Source of the DNA: the human T2T-CHM13v2.0 reference genome, Homo sapiens
Assembly (NCBI RefSeq): GCF_009914755.1
Contig: NC_060938.1
DNA: 64,000 nucleotides
Reading direction: 5' to 3' (one strand)
In this document: positions 1-16,430 of the stretch, in pieces
Layout: every line of letters begins with the position of its first letter
Position numbering within the stretch: position 1 is the first letter of the stretch
Translations under genes and position numbers: made by a program
The notes under the pieces: model-generated
Seen by the model: the letters and a program-made list of their open reading frames with translations, nothing else
What the model was told of the DNA's origin: nothing
Database searches by the model: none

Positions 1-600
<600 letters not shown>

Positions 601-703
601 AATATTAAAATGATGTGAGCATAGCCTAATTTAATCATTTCACTACAGCTGGATGTTTAAATGAATATATATATACACACACACATATATTATTATATAT
701 ATA

Positions 704-1008
704 TTTCTTTCTTTCTTTTTTGGGACAGGATTTCATTCTGTTGCCCATGGTGCAACGCAGTGATGTGAACATGGTTCATTGAAGCCTCAACCTCCTGGGC
801 TCAAGTGATCCTCCTGCCTCAGTGTCCTGAGTAGCTGGGACTACAGAAGCAGGCTGCCGTGCTCTGCTAATTTTTAAAAATTTTTGTAAAGACTGGGTCT
901 TATCATGTTGCCCAGGCTGGTCTTGAACTCCTGGGCTCAAAAGATCCTCCCACCTCAGCCTCCCAAAGTGCTGAGACTACAACAGGTGTGAACCACCGCT
1001 CCCAGACC
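704..1008 (-). mobile_element. AluJ
   Basis: Diverged antisense Alu; followed by (AAAAAT)n at 1009-1045. Confidence 0.9.
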
Positions 1009-3570
1009 AAAAAAATAAAAATAAAAATAAAAATAAAAATAAAAACTTTTAAAACAAGTATTTAAAATAAATATGCAGTAACCTAAAAATTTGTATATCA
1101 TTTAGAGCAAAATTACAATGTAAAAATTAGATCTCTTAATTAATATTTGCAATGGCAAAAGTTTTCTGTATTAGTAAGTACTAGATACATTTCTGAAGTT
1201 TATGAAATAATGTTAAAGATAGTTATCAAAACGAAAACTAATTTTAGCGGTAGTTCATTATACAGTGAATAAATTAGCAGTACTTTTTCAGAAAATCAAT
1301 CCAATGCTAAATATTCAATCAGCTAATTTTTAAATAACTATGAAAAATACAGTGACACAATGGTGGCAATCTTGTGAATATGGTTGTTTTGGTTCATAAT
1401 AAGTAAATATGGTTTTTTTCCATTGAGCATAATGAATGTACAATGTTAAACAGAAGACATTAGTAAACAACACTAACCTTTATTCATTTTCTGTATCTAT
1501 TATTTAAAACCAATAAAATGACATTTGGGGCATGTATTTGTGCCTTCAAATTAACATTTTCCATTAATTCAGACTTGAACTGTCCAAACAGTGAAGACAG
1601 GATACAAATATTTTACTTTACAGAATATTTTTAAAAATCAAGATTGTTAGGTTTTTGAATAGAAAGTCTGAAAAGAACATACCACGTAACCTGAATAGAT
1701 GACACTTGTCCTATTTGGCCAAACAGCCTACCCTGGGATTTCTTTCAAGAACTTTGCCAAGTTCTTTCAAGAACAAGGCAAACTAATGGCTGGTTTAAAC
1801 CTCCGTATAGTTCCTGACTTTTTAACACTTACACTACCTTCTCTGCTTATACTTTCAGGAAACAAGTTAAAGTATTCCCTGCAAGTCCAAGGAAAGCTTT
1901 AAACATCTATTCAAAGATATTTAAAGATTCCTATTTATTTCAAAAACTGTCTAAAGAAACACATTTAACTTATTTTATTAAAAAATACTAAACTATTTTA
2001 TAAGTATTTCCGATTTACCGTTTTAAAAGACAAGCAAGGGAACAAACCAAAAGGGTATTGCATTAATCATCCTGGGTAGTGATGTATTAAATTACATCCC
2101 TGTAAGCAAGGCCGAAAATATTTAAATAAACTGTAATTTTCATAAGCTTAAAATATTATTTTGTAGTTTTGCCATAAAAGAGGGGTAATGGAAGGAGGAG
2201 AGAGGGAAGGGAAAGTAGGATTCTGATGGTAAGTTTTCCCACAAACTTTGTTCCTGCTCTGGCTGTTGGCCACCAATAGCTACAGACTTGTTGGGCAAAC
2301 TGAGCATCTGTAAAATGAGTTAGATGGTAGGCTGAAATTCAGACAGAAGACAGGAAAACATGGTGGCATGAACCATCACAGTATCTGCCTGGGCTTATAG
2401 GGCACTCTGGATGTCTAATCAAAGAGATGAAAAATGCAACTAAAACTCACAATGGTATCACTGGTGGTATTATTTTCAATGCTAATCACTGGTAAGTCAA
2501 ACTCTATTTAATGTTACCATTTGTAAGGTGGTGACTTTAGTAAGTATCTACTATAAAAATGAGATAGAAATGGTTAAATCATTCCTGAAAATAATCATTT
2601 TGCCTATATATACAAAGAGCAACAAGAACATACAAACATAGGAAGGAATGCTGACTTCATTTTCTTTTACAAATATTTTTGTGGCTAATTAATAAACGCG
2701 ATTTTCTGTGCTAACCTATTTTCAACTCTAAGGCTTACTGTAGCATTTTTTTGACTATTAGGAAGACCTTCAAAAGCAATCTGTTTCAGCAAAATTTTGA
2801 ATATAGCATTATAAAATTAAATTGCCAGGGGCAAGTCAGTAAATACAATTTAGGACTCTAAAATTACTATAAACTTTAATATCCTATTTTTCACCATGGA
2901 GAAAAGCATGTTAAGTTTACAGCTGGAATTTCATTTACTTAAAAAAATTTTTGTTTATGTATTACCAGACATAAGTTTTTTTCTAAGTCACACTGGCAAA
3001 TAATTATCTTTTCATGTCTAAATACAATTTTAAACCAGTTCATCTGTTAAATCAATACAAGAAAGCACTTTTGTATTATGCTGGCTTTAGTGCAAGTTTT
3101 TGAAAGCTGCTAAATACAGTTGAGAATTCATTTTTGAAATACAGCAGTCTCCAAAATTATTTGAAGTATCTGAACTGAATGTTGGGAAAATTCATTAGCA
3201 TACCATCATATTTTTAACCTAAAGATACCCTTAAGTCTGTTCCAAAAATGTGAAAAATACCATCTACTTTGGCTTTACTGACAATGCTAAAAGTCCACTG
3301 ATTTTCCACAAAAATTCCACAGCAAAAAAAAAAAGACAAATACAGGATGCTGAAGATACGAAGAATTTGTTTTGAAAGAAAATTTAAGACAACAGTGCTT
3401 CAAACTCTCAGGGATATGAAAGGGGGAAAAAAGAGTACAGGAAAATTAAGGCAACAAAATGAAACAGAAAGAATGCTGGTAGAGTTAAGGGGGGAAAGCT
3501 GTGTAAAAATAATACTTACATAGAACTAATAAAAACATTGGAACCAACAAGGAATAGAAGCAGTATTGGG

Positions 3571-3892
<322 letters not shown>

Positions 3893-4299
3893 TCATTACT
3901 TTCCAAAGTAATGAAATAAATTCAAGAATCTTAAAACAAAGTTTCTTGAAATAAAGAAAAAATCAAAACTGCAGATGAAAAAAGCAGCTCATTGTGTCTC
4001 AGGGAGAAAAATCTGTAGAAAATTATTGAGACCAAGTTATATTCTGTTGAGATTACTAATTTTGAAGACAAAGAAAGAAATGCCAGCTTTTGCTACAATC
4101 AGGTAGTAACAGCAAGTTATCTACCAGGGGAAAAATATCAGTTAGGCCTTACATTTCTTTCCAACAATATTCAAGGGAAAAAAATGTCTATAGAGTTTTT
4201 TGAGGGTAGAGGGAGAAGAACATGTGATGCAATCATTTTATACCTAGTCAAATCGTCATTCTCATTCAAAGGCAACAGAAAGACATCTGTAATATTATT

Positions 4300-5090
4300 T
4301 TATAGGAGGAATATTTATTGCAGTGTCCGTTACATGCTTACACTGTCCCAAGTGGTGAAATATAGCAGTGAGGATAGATAGTCGCTATTCTCATTGATCT
4401 TACATTCTAGGAGAGAGACAAACACAATATATACACGTATACATATAAACAAACAAGAAAAGTATCAGGCACTCACGTGTCCTATGCAGCGAACTAAAAT
4501 AACAAGGGCATTGGCCTCTCCGAGGATATGATATTTATTTAAGCTGAGGTCTGAATGACCAGGAGCCTTCAGAGCAAAGATCTTGAAAAACAGTTACCTC
4601 AGGCAAAAGGGAAGAATTGCTTTAATCTTGGACTGCTTAAATAAAAAGAAAACAGAGGCATAGTAGAGTAGGCAGAAACATATGCGATGAGCTCAGAGAG
4701 GTGGATAGAACAGATCATGTAGGGTTTTATAAACAAGGCTAAAAATCTGAGTATTTTTCTAAGTTGATATGAAAGCTTCAGGGAAGTGTTAAGCAGAAGT
4801 GATGATATGATTTATGTTTTTAAAAGTTCACTCCAGAGGCTTTCTGGAAAATAGATGGTGGGGAATGGGAGGTGTGGGCAAGGCAACAGGCACTAGAAGG
4901 GTGGAGATGGGTAACAAAGACAAGTAGATGGATTCAGGATGTGTTCTGGAGGTAGAGCTGAGGGAACTTGCTGACAGACTGATTCTTGAGCACAAATAAA
5001 AGAGAGAAATCGAGGTTAATGCCTACATTTGTGGATGGGTTAACTGCTTAGCAAAATGCAGAAGAAAAGCAGGTTTGAGAAGAATAATCA
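4300..5090 (+). mobile_element. L2 fragment
   Basis: Purine-rich L2-like motifs (cttacattctag, tttaagctgaggtctgaatga, gatatgatttatgttttt). Confidence 0.6.
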
Positions 5091-5099
5091 ATTTATGGA

Positions 5100-7480
5100 T
5101 TTAAATTATAATATTCCTAATACGGGAAAATCTTTTCGATAATATGACTTAGCCTATTGATAGTTGATACTAAGTAGGTGAGAATGGAAAGGAAATGGCA
5201 TAAAAAGACCAATGGTGGGTAGTAAATCTACTAAATATAAAACTAAGTCTAAATAATTGGTCATGGCATTTATAAATTATAAATATTATATTTCTTAAAA
5301 GAAGGTACACATAGTAATACATACTCATACCCCAGTGCAATCAGAAAGTTTCTGGGCTAAAATCCCCAAATAAACCAATGAACAGTTGAAAATTGGGGGG
5401 ATGATGAGGCAGGAAGAGTATAAATATGCAAATTTCAAAATCTGTAAACCAAGAATTCAACAGATGACTGTTTTATTTCTTAAACTGATAAACTAAAACA
5501 CCCACAAATTTAAGTATATTATTCAAGGTCTTACAAGCCATTCTCTGACAAAACTACAGAATTGTATCTTACAAATTATCAGCAGTAAAAATAAAAGAAA
5601 CCCCCAGCTATAATTTTTTTTAAAATTTAAGAAAATATTAAAAACAAAAACAACAACAGAATTAAAATTAAACATCTCTCCAAACAATATAATAGTGGAC
5701 AGATTCACATATTAAAAAAAGAAAAATTCAGATTGGGTTATAAAACAAAAGTCAAATATAATTTTTTACAAGAGAAACATCAACAACCTAGAAAGGATAA
5801 TGATAGGCCCAAGTATACCAGTTCTATCCATTTGTTGTATGCCACATAAACATAAACAAAAAGGAGGGTTGGCAATATCAATGTCAGATAAAGTTATATT
5901 CAAGGTAAAAAGGGTATCAAAGATCATTAAGGGAGTGAATGATTAAACATGGAGGATGCAAGTCACAATAGTAAGGGAAAGACTGAAGCCACTGACCAAT
6001 ATGAGTGACTAATGCATTATACATTTATTCCATTATTCTAACTCCCCCACTGGAATTCAAGTTCCGTGAGAACAAGGTCTTTGCCTTTTTGTTCTCTTCT
6101 ACATTCCTATCCTCTAGAACAGAGCTTGGCGTATATTAGGTATTCAATAAATATTTATTAAGAAATGAAAATATAACATGAATTTTATGGGTCAACTGAC
6201 ACACATATAATACATTAAGCAGATGTGCCACAAATGGAAGGAGAAATGGACAAAATCACTCTAGTGGAAGATGATCAACACTTCTGTCAGAACTCATTTA
6301 TGCCTACTGTTCCATTATGGGAACGCTAAGCACGTGGGAGTTATTTATAGCCTATGGCTCAAGGTCATCACCAAGGTCTGATTTTTCACACGTCTGCAAT
6401 TCAAAAAACTGCAAACTCCAGCATAAATGGGTTAATAACACTGGAAGCACTATCCTACAATGTGAAAGTCTGGGCCAAAATAACATTCTATGTATGTCCG
6501 TATAGTTGCAAAAACCACGAAAAACATTTGAAAACTGCCAGAAAAATATGAATTCTGTAAGACTGCCAGAGACAAAATATAACCAATAAAATCAATGGCG
6601 AAGTAAATATCTATAATAACCAATTAGACAGTGTAAGAGGGAAAAAGGAAGCCATTCCCAATAGCGAGAAATACCATAAATACGAAGACGTGGCAAAAAC
6701 TTTCCTAAAGACCTGAATAAGAAAAAACCTTTACTATTGTCAAAATGCCAAATATCCTACATTAATCTATGTGCCTTTTTTCTTCTTGATAAAAATGATT
6801 TTAAAGTTCTGAAGAAAAAAATTTTACAAACAGGAAATACCTGAAAAATAAAAAGAGTGAAGATTATAATACGCAACAAAAGTTTTGGTAATCAAAACCA
6901 GGATAGTGTTGAAGTAGGAACAGAAAAAAGAAAGTCACTGGAACAGAACACAAAATCTATGTTTACATGGAAATTTAGTTTATGACAACCAAGGCACTTC
7001 AAATCTGTGGATAAGAGACTGAATCTATAGTAATGGCTTTGGGAAACTAGCCATTTGAAAAAATACATAGAGAGAGTTCTCTTTCATCCCTTAGAACAAA
7101 CTTGCTCCTGATTGAGCAAATATTTAAATTTTGGAAGGAAAAAAAGGAAAAACTGGAAGAAATTACAGTTCAAAATTGTTATAATTATCTAGGAGAAAAG
7201 GCCTAAGTACAAGGAAATGGGGAATAGAGAAAGGAGGACTGACAAATTTGTCGGAGAGAAAAAAGAACACTTCCACATGGAAAAAAAAAAGTATAAGCAG
7301 AGTGCAAAGACAGAAGACAAATTGTGGGAAGTGTAAAATACATGATGAAGAGTCACTATCCCCAAAATGCAAACAGCATCTAAAAATCAATAATAAAATA
7401 CAAATAACCTGATAGGACTGGGGCAAGGCATAAGAATAGGCAACCAAAAAAATTTTTAAATGGCCAAATACTAAGATCAC
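5100..7480 (+). mobile_element. Degraded old L1M fragments
   Basis: A-rich with L1 ORF2-like remnants (caatatcaatgtcagataaag, aataaaatcaatggc, atggaaatttagtttatgaca). Confidence 0.5.
6293..6431 (+). mobile_element. MER85 (piggyBac/PGBD3-derived MITE)
   Basis: 139 bp, TIRs C(T)CATTTATGC...GCATAAATGGG, right TTAA at 6432-6435, internal palindrome GTTCCATTATGGGAAC at 6309-6324. Confidence 0.9.
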
Positions 7481-7796
7481 ATCATCAATATTTACTGAAC
7501 TTCCATGTTATTCTTTTTTGGGGGACAAGTTGAAATATTACTCAATCTTAATACATGGGTCACATCTAACATAAAATAATCAGTAGCTTTTACAAAACAA
7601 GGCAGTGAGAAATTCCAGCCTTTCAAAAGAGTCTTATGATCCTTGCATTTAATCCTTATATTTTAAGTAATCATACACATATTTTTCTTTTTTACTGAAT
7701 TGCCTTCTTATGTTAGTTCTAATATATGGCTTATTGAGAATTCAGAATTGCAGGATTTAAAAAATACACTCATTAATTCATTATAATGAACTATAA

Positions 7797-7866
7797 TATT
7801 AGGTTGGCAAAAACTGCTATAATATTAGGTTGGCAAAAACTGCAATTATTTATGCATCAACCTAAT
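7797..7866. mobile_element. Rearranged MADE1 (Hsmar1 MITE)
   Basis: TATTAGGTTGG...GGCAAAAACTGCAATTATTTATGCATCAACCTAAT; internal deletion plus a 26-bp tandem duplication. Confidence 0.8.
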
Positions 7867-8990
7867 GAAAAATAAGCCATACCCTCAAGTCAAGTAAGTG
7901 AAACCGTGTTGTAACAAGCCCACTGCACTCGCTTAAGACAGAAAAGGGATAAATATCTTTGTTTTCTCTGAGAGCACACGCCAGTACCTGGACATAACTT
8001 GAATAACCATCCTTGAACATAATTTGAATATTTGCTCTAGTGACTTTTCCAGGACAGGCAAAGGCTTGTATAGTTCTGTTATATTCCCTATTTGTGTTAG
8101 TGACATTTTGGAGATCATTTTAAACTTATTAGGTGGCACTTAATAAGAGGATCCTGAAAGAGTATTATTATAACAATTTCTATTTGCCAGGAAAAAAAAG
8201 ATACTGGGACATATCTGAAAGCTTATTTTTAAAGTGTTCCAGCATATGCTACCTCAGTACTATTATCTCTCTAATGAATCACATGTATAATGATTCAAAT
8301 ACTGTGTTTGAAATGCAAAGTCATTTTAACCGCTCAAACTAGGAAACTGGCATAATTATGGTCACAAACTTATCCTACGTGCCTAAGCTTATGAACCAGC
8401 AAATGAACATACCACCAAATATTCGCTTACCTGGTCAAAAACTACTACTGCACTCATTAGAAACTTTTAGGATATCAAAATCATAAAACCGTTCCAGGAC
8501 TATAGTTTTATTTGCAAAGCAAACTATTCAATGTGTTTTGAAACAAGCAGTCTTCTGACACACAGAAGTGTTAATAAAATAAGCATTAAGCTAAGACCAG
8601 AATTAACAAACCTAAATCAATCAAAGGGAATAGCTGACAAACAAATGTCATTATCCCAAATATTCACCCCAAAAAATCATTGAATACTTTCCTAATCAAA
8701 TTCTCATAAAAGCTAAACCTGAAGTTCAAATACTTCACTATCATCTTAAAAGAAAATTACTTTAACAGTGTCAATGTGTCTTCCAATTCTGAATGTGTAC
8801 ATGTCAAATTTTATTTGGCAACAAAACTGTCACATCAAACTTACCTTTAACTAACCACCTTCAGGGTAATTTAATTGAAGATATTCTACTGACCTGATAG
8901 AACATATAAAGACTTCTTTTGGGAAGAAGGGAAACAAGGAAAGAAATATGGAAAACCCTCAAAAATTGTCTTGAGGGTTTTAACACATAC

Positions 8991-9048
8991 CAGGCTCCAA
9001 TTTAATGATTTTTACTGCAGCCAGCTCTCCTGTGTGTACATTTCTGGC
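8991..9048 (-). CDS. MAP4K5: MAP4K5 exon 3 (58 bp), kinase subdomain II
   Basis: ttttatttttag|GCC AGA AAT...GAG CCT G|gtatgt gives ARNVHTGELAAVKIIKLEP(G). It continues exon 2 in phase 0 and contains the catalytic AVK lysine. Missed by the ORF track. Confidence 0.96.
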
Positions 9049-10538
9049 CTAAAAATAAAATAAAAACAAAAATCTTGTTAATTAAAAGCTTGTTAATTAC
9101 ATTAAAATTACTTGGTACTATGTTAATTGCTTATCAACCATACTTTTATCAAAACTAAAAAACAAAATATTTCCAATAAAATGCTGAGCAAACTCATTTT
9201 CCCATTAAAGAAAAATATAGATAAGACACAAAAGTGTTTAAAAAATTACCAATAGTCCCACCACTCAAAAACAGCTCCTGTTTAAAATTTGGTCTACTTC
9301 CTCCAAGGCTTTTCTTCAGCCTCGGGTTAGTTAATATTTTTAATTTTAAAAATCTCATGGGTTTTATTTATATCAGAAAACATAATCATAGGTCATTAAA
9401 AATTTTCATCATCTGTATCTAACTACCTAGAGAAAAACAGTGAACATTTCAGTGTACATGCATCTCTTTCCTGGTACACATATGTATATGCATGTGCATT
9501 ATGGAAGAAGATGACCCCATCATAGTCTTCTAAGACATGATTACAAATGCTGCCTGATTTTCCACTGACAGGATATATAATTTACCCAACCCTCTATTGT
9601 TGGGCATTTACAATTTTAATATTATTTTCAAGTTATAAAAATAGGGATACATATATCTTAGCTTTGTATCTATCCACAGCCTTATTTCCTTCAGTTAAAT
9701 GTCTAGAAGAGAAACTATTTACTATTTAACACAATATCAACAAACTTACTATAATTAGCACTGCAATGAATATCATTACCAATATTTTACCATAGATCAG
9801 CTTATAAGGAAGGCAACCTAGACATACAATTGTGAGACCAAAAGGTATGTGGACTTATAATGGGTATGTTGCCATATTGCTCTAAAACACTGTGCGAATT
9901 TTTACTGTCATCGACCTTGGATGTTAAAACCTTGGATGTTAAAACCATGTCTGCCAAAACTTATTGTTGGTGAAAATTAAATGATTATAACATAGTCCAT
10001 ATAATAATCCTCTTTATTGTTGGACATAAAGGATGTTACATATAGTCTTTTCATTATTTAAGACATATTTGTTTTAAATGGATTCTAAGATACGGTATTA
10101 CTAGGTCAAAGGTTGTGAATATGAACACATACCATCAAATAGTCTAAAAACATTTTACCACTATACTCTCTTTGTTAATGTGAGTGCTCATTTTCATCGT
10201 ACCCCGTGGTACATCATATGTGGAAATGGAATTTACTAATTTATGACCTTTTTCATTTACTATATTAGATTTGAATATCAACTTTCAAATGGCAGAAAAA
10301 AACAAGAAAAAGACATGATAAAATAGAAAAGTATAGTTATACTAATCTGCCAAATTAAATAAATCAAATTTTCTGAGGAAAGAAGAGAAAAAGGGAAAGG
10401 AATAGAAGAATGATAAAGTAGGGAAGAGTGCCTTCAAAGAGATCCTTTTAAAAATGACATACAGAGGGTGAGAAAAAGAATAGAATGGGGGAGAGATATA
10501 CAGAGGAAAAGACACAAACAGAAAGAAAAATAATTTGT

Positions 10539-10843
<305 letters not shown>

Positions 10844-11299
10844 CAAGAAAATAATTTTCAACAGCAGAAGTTGCAACTACTTTGTGATAAGTTCACATTT
10901 TCCTCACTAAATCTACTGAATAGGGTAAGAAGGTGTCTCAGGAAAGAAGAGCAGGCCTTTTAACTCCTCTCTTTCATAGTTATAGTTACTTCTCTCCTAA
11001 CTACGAACACATTTACAAAAAGGGGAGCAGTGGTCAGCCAGATGCCTCACACCATTCCTACCCTCTCCTCTTTCTGCCATTGGACATAAGAACTGTCTGT
11101 TAGCCTCACGTCTTCTTCTAATTCCTAAAATTTCCCTTGGGTCATAAAAGGCTATGTGCACGTAGATTTAGCCTGTCCACCTCTCAGCCAATTCACATGC
11201 CAGTGAGACTCAGGTATAAAAAATATGGCCAGAACAAGCAGTGATAATTGACTTCCTGGGCATATTGTTCAGTAAATCATAAAATGTGTTAGAAGATGA

Positions 11300-12412
<1,113 letters not shown>

Positions 12413-12914
12413 ATTCCAAAGGATTATAAATCATGCTGCCATAAAGACACATGCACACATATGTTTATTGTGGCACTATTCACAATAGCAAAGACTTGGA
12501 ACCAACCCAAATGTCCATCAATGATAGACTGGACTAAGAAAATGTGGCACTTACACACAATGGAATACCATGCAGCCATAAAAAGGATGACTTCATGTCC
12601 TTTGTAGGGACATGGATGAAGCTGGAAACCATCATTCTGAGCAAACTATCCCAAGGACAGAAAACCAAACACCACATGTTCTCACTCATAGGTGGGAATT
12701 GAACAATGAGAACACTTGGACACAGGGTGGAGAACATCACACACTGGGGCCTGTCGTGGGGTGGGGGGAGAGGGGAGGGATAGCATTAGGAGATACACCT
12801 AACGTAAATGAAGAGTTAATGGGTGCAGTACACCAACATGGGACATGTATACATATGTAACAAATCTGCATGTTGTGCACATGTACCCTAGAACTTAAAG
12901 TATAAAAAAAAAAA
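12413..12914 (+). mobile_element. L1PA 3' end with poly(A)
   Basis: ORF2 C-terminus, G-rich 3'UTR, acccTAGAACTTAAAGTATA(A)n. Confidence 0.95.
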
Positions 12915-13472
12915 GGCAACAACAGATGCTGGTGAGGATGTGGAGAAATAGAAACACTTTGACACTGTTGGTGGGAGTGTAAACTAGTTCAACCATTGTG
13001 GAAGACAGTGTGGTGATTCCTCAAGGATCTAGAACTAGAAATACCATTTGACCCAGTGATCCCATTACTGGGTATATACCCAAAGGATTATAAGTTATGC
13101 TACTATAAAGACACATGCACATGTATGTTTATTGTGGCACTATTCACAATAGTAAAGACTTGGAACCAACCCAAATGTCCATCAATGATAGACTGGATTA
13201 AGAAAATGTGACACATATATACCATCGAATACTATGCAGCCATAAAAAAAGGAAGAGTTCATGTCCTTTGCAGGGACACAGATGAAGCTGGAAACCATCA
13301 TTCTGAGCAAACTATCACAAGGACAGAAAACCAAACACCACATATTCTCACTCATAGGTGGGAATTGAACAACAAGAACACTTGGACACAGGGCAGGGAA
13401 CATCACACACAGGGGCCTGTCATGGGGTGGGGGGCAGGGGGAGGGATAGCATTAGGAGAAATACCTAATGTA
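12915..13472 (+). mobile_element. Second L1PA 3' segment, truncated before poly(A)
   Basis: Starts at GNNRCW..CGE and repeats the 12416-12803 sequence with substitutions; stops at atacctaatgta. Confidence 0.93.
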
Positions 13473-14479
13473 TTCTGATGACAATATTTCACTGCCCCTT
13501 TTCAGAATTCGAGAATTCTCTTTTTCTTTTTTAAATGCAACAGATACTAGAGAAAAGTATTAATTGTGTATTATTTAACAGATCAGCAACAGTGGTAACT
13601 TTTGTTGAAATAGATTAACAAAATAATCTACTGAAAACAGCTAACAAAGCAATATACTAATCCTCTTTCACATTAAATTTCTCCGTGATAATTTTCAATG
13701 TAACAGAAGGTGAACTATTACACATTTAATGTCTTAAAGAAATAATCTTAGAGTTGAATTTGATCCAAAGAAAACAGTAGTATTTTAAACATTCTGAAAA
13801 AAATTATTGAATAAAAGTTAGTAGCCTTCTAATATGTTTAAAATCCATCTAAAGAACTGGAATTAAAAAAAAAAAAACAGATTCAATGAACTCTTATTTT
13901 AACTCACTTACGTCATAATCTAGCAAACATAATAGCCACTTCTATGCCTAAATGTCAGTACCCTGGTTTTCCCTCTTTCCCTATCCACCTAAGAGATCAT
14001 TTAAATTGTTTTTTCATTTAAAATTTTCACTGGACTCCTATAGAAAACAGAAAAACATCTTTGAACATACAGTATAAGTTTACAAATTGAGAAGAAAGAT
14101 TTAAGTATAAGTGCCATAAAGGCACAAGAAAGTTACAAAAGTACACACACAAATTGTGACGGTTGAAAAATTCAAGATTATACATTTCAGGTAAAGAATA
14201 CAATGTTCAACTCATATGACAATGACTGATGCTAACACATTTTCAACAACAAAATATCTTCAGGCAATTCATTATGCCAAGCAAAAACAGGCATTTGGGC
14301 AATGCATTCTGCCATTCACTGCCACTTACTTTGAGGAACCAAAAGAAAATGACTCCATTCTTCTCGGTTAACAATTATTAAACAAGAGTCAACAACATGA
14401 AAAGATCTAATATGCTTCTCTGAGAGTTTGGAACAATTAATTCTGATTTTAGTCAGATTAATCAGAAGTGAATAGCTCG

Positions 14480-14712
14480 GTCTCTGATCTGAAAACTGTC
14501 CTCATTCTGGTACGTTCTCCTTTCCCCGCCTCCCTCCCCGTTTGGCCTGGTTAACTCAGACTCGTCCTTCAGAATTCAGTTTAGTTATCACCTCCTCCAG
14601 GAAGTCTCCCTGGTATCCTAAGGCTGGATTAAGTGTGTTGTCATCTTAGCTCTACGCATGATCCTTTGAAAGGCTGTGCCACATGGTAGATGCTCTACAA
14701 ATTTGTTGAATA
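14480..14712 (-). mobile_element. L2 3' fragment
   Basis: cacctcctccaggaagtctccc...acatggtagatgctctacaaatttgttgaat. Confidence 0.65.
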
Positions 14713-15069
14713 GACAATCATGGTTGTAGGAAGGTTATTGCTCTCTTAAAAAAATTAAAATCTTCCACAACTAGAAAATGCTATGAAACTGACAATACAT
14801 TATTTTAAATAGTCTTACTTTTTTCACTTATGTTGAGTCATATTATGATGAATTAAAGTATTTTGAAGAAAATTATTTGAAAAAAATTACTACAAAAGTA
14901 AGATTTTGTGGTAGAAAAATTAAAATAATATAAATCAGTGAAAGATGACAGTCCCGCTCCATCCCAATCTCATCTTCCAAAATAACTATTGTTAATGGTT
15001 TAGAGTATATCCTTCCAAACTTTTAATTAGGTTGAGTCCTAAGAACACATATGGACAGAACACAAACCT

Positions 15070-16430
15070 TGATACTTTGGCAGTTTCTCACAAAGCTAAA
15101 CATAGTCTTACCTTATGAGCCAGCCAGCAACCCCACTCCTTGGCATGTACCCAACTGAGCTAAAAAGTTATGTCCACATAAAAACCTATACATAAGTGTT
15201 TAAAGCAGTCTTTATTCACAGTCACCCAAAACTGGAAGTAATCAAGATGTCCTCCAATAGGTGAATACATAAACAAACTGTGGTAAATCCATACAGTGGA
15301 ATGTTTATTGCAGCACTATTCACGACAGCCAAGACACAGAATGAACCTGGGTGTCCAACAATGATAAATAAAGAAAATCTGATTATATATGCTCAAAATG
15401 GAATACTATTTAGCCACAAAAAAGAATGAAATGCTGCCATTTGAGGAAACTTGGATGGAATGGAGGATATTCTGTTAAGTGAAATTGGCCAGGAACAGAA
15501 AGTTAACCATCACATGTTCTCACTCACATGTGGAAGCTAAAAAAAGTTAATCTCATAAAAGTAAAAAGTAGAACAGAGAATACTAGAGGCTGAGAAGGGT
15601 AGGGGGAAGGGAGGAATAGGGAGAAATTTGTTAAAGTATACAAAACGATAGCTAGATAGGAAGAATAAATTTTAGTGTTCTATACTACTACTACAGGATA
15701 GCTATAGTTAACAATAACATATTACATAGTTTCAAATAGCCAGGAAAATACCAAATGTTCCCAACACAAAGAAAGGATAATGTTTAAGATTATAGATTTG
15801 CTAATTTTCCTGATCACTACAAATTTTATGTATCGAAACATCACTATGAGTCACTATGAATCTTACCCATATGTACAACTGTCAATTTTTTTAAATTAAA
15901 TTTAATAATAGAAGAAATGGAAACCACAAAAAGATACGGAAGAATCCTAAATGCATATTGTTAAGTGAAAGAAGCCAGTCTAAGAAGGCTTACAAAGTGT
16001 ATGATTCCAACTCTATGACATTCCGAAAAAGGCAAAACTACAGAGACAGTAAAAAGCAATGGTTGTCTGGGGTTTAGGGGAGGAAGGAAAGAGACAAATA
16101 GGTGAAGCACAGGGGATTTTTAGGAGAGTGAAAGTATTCTGTATGAAATGGTAATGATAGACACATCTCATTACATATTTGTCAAAACCCATAGAACTAT
16201 ACAACACAAAATGTGAATCTTTAGGTAAACTATGAACTATAGTTAATAATATATCAATATTGGTTCAATAATTATAACAAATGTACCACACTAACGCAAG
16301 ATGTTAATAAAAGACAAAACTATACAGGAATTCAGGGGTTGGCTAAATGTAATTCTATGTACTATGTGCTTTATTACTCTGTAAATCTAAAACTGCACTA
16401 AAAAATTGTCTATTAATTTAAAGATAAATT
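15070..16430 (+). mobile_element. L1MC-like 3' region with nested L1MA-like 3' end (~15301-15910)
   Basis: Two distinct L1 3'UTR types; the outer element resumes at ~15920. Confidence 0.75.

Noticed and set aside
1050-3100. Repeat-poor AT-rich stretch as a hidden exon or ncRNA
   Set aside because: No paired splice signals, ORF homology or structure I can support without conservation data.
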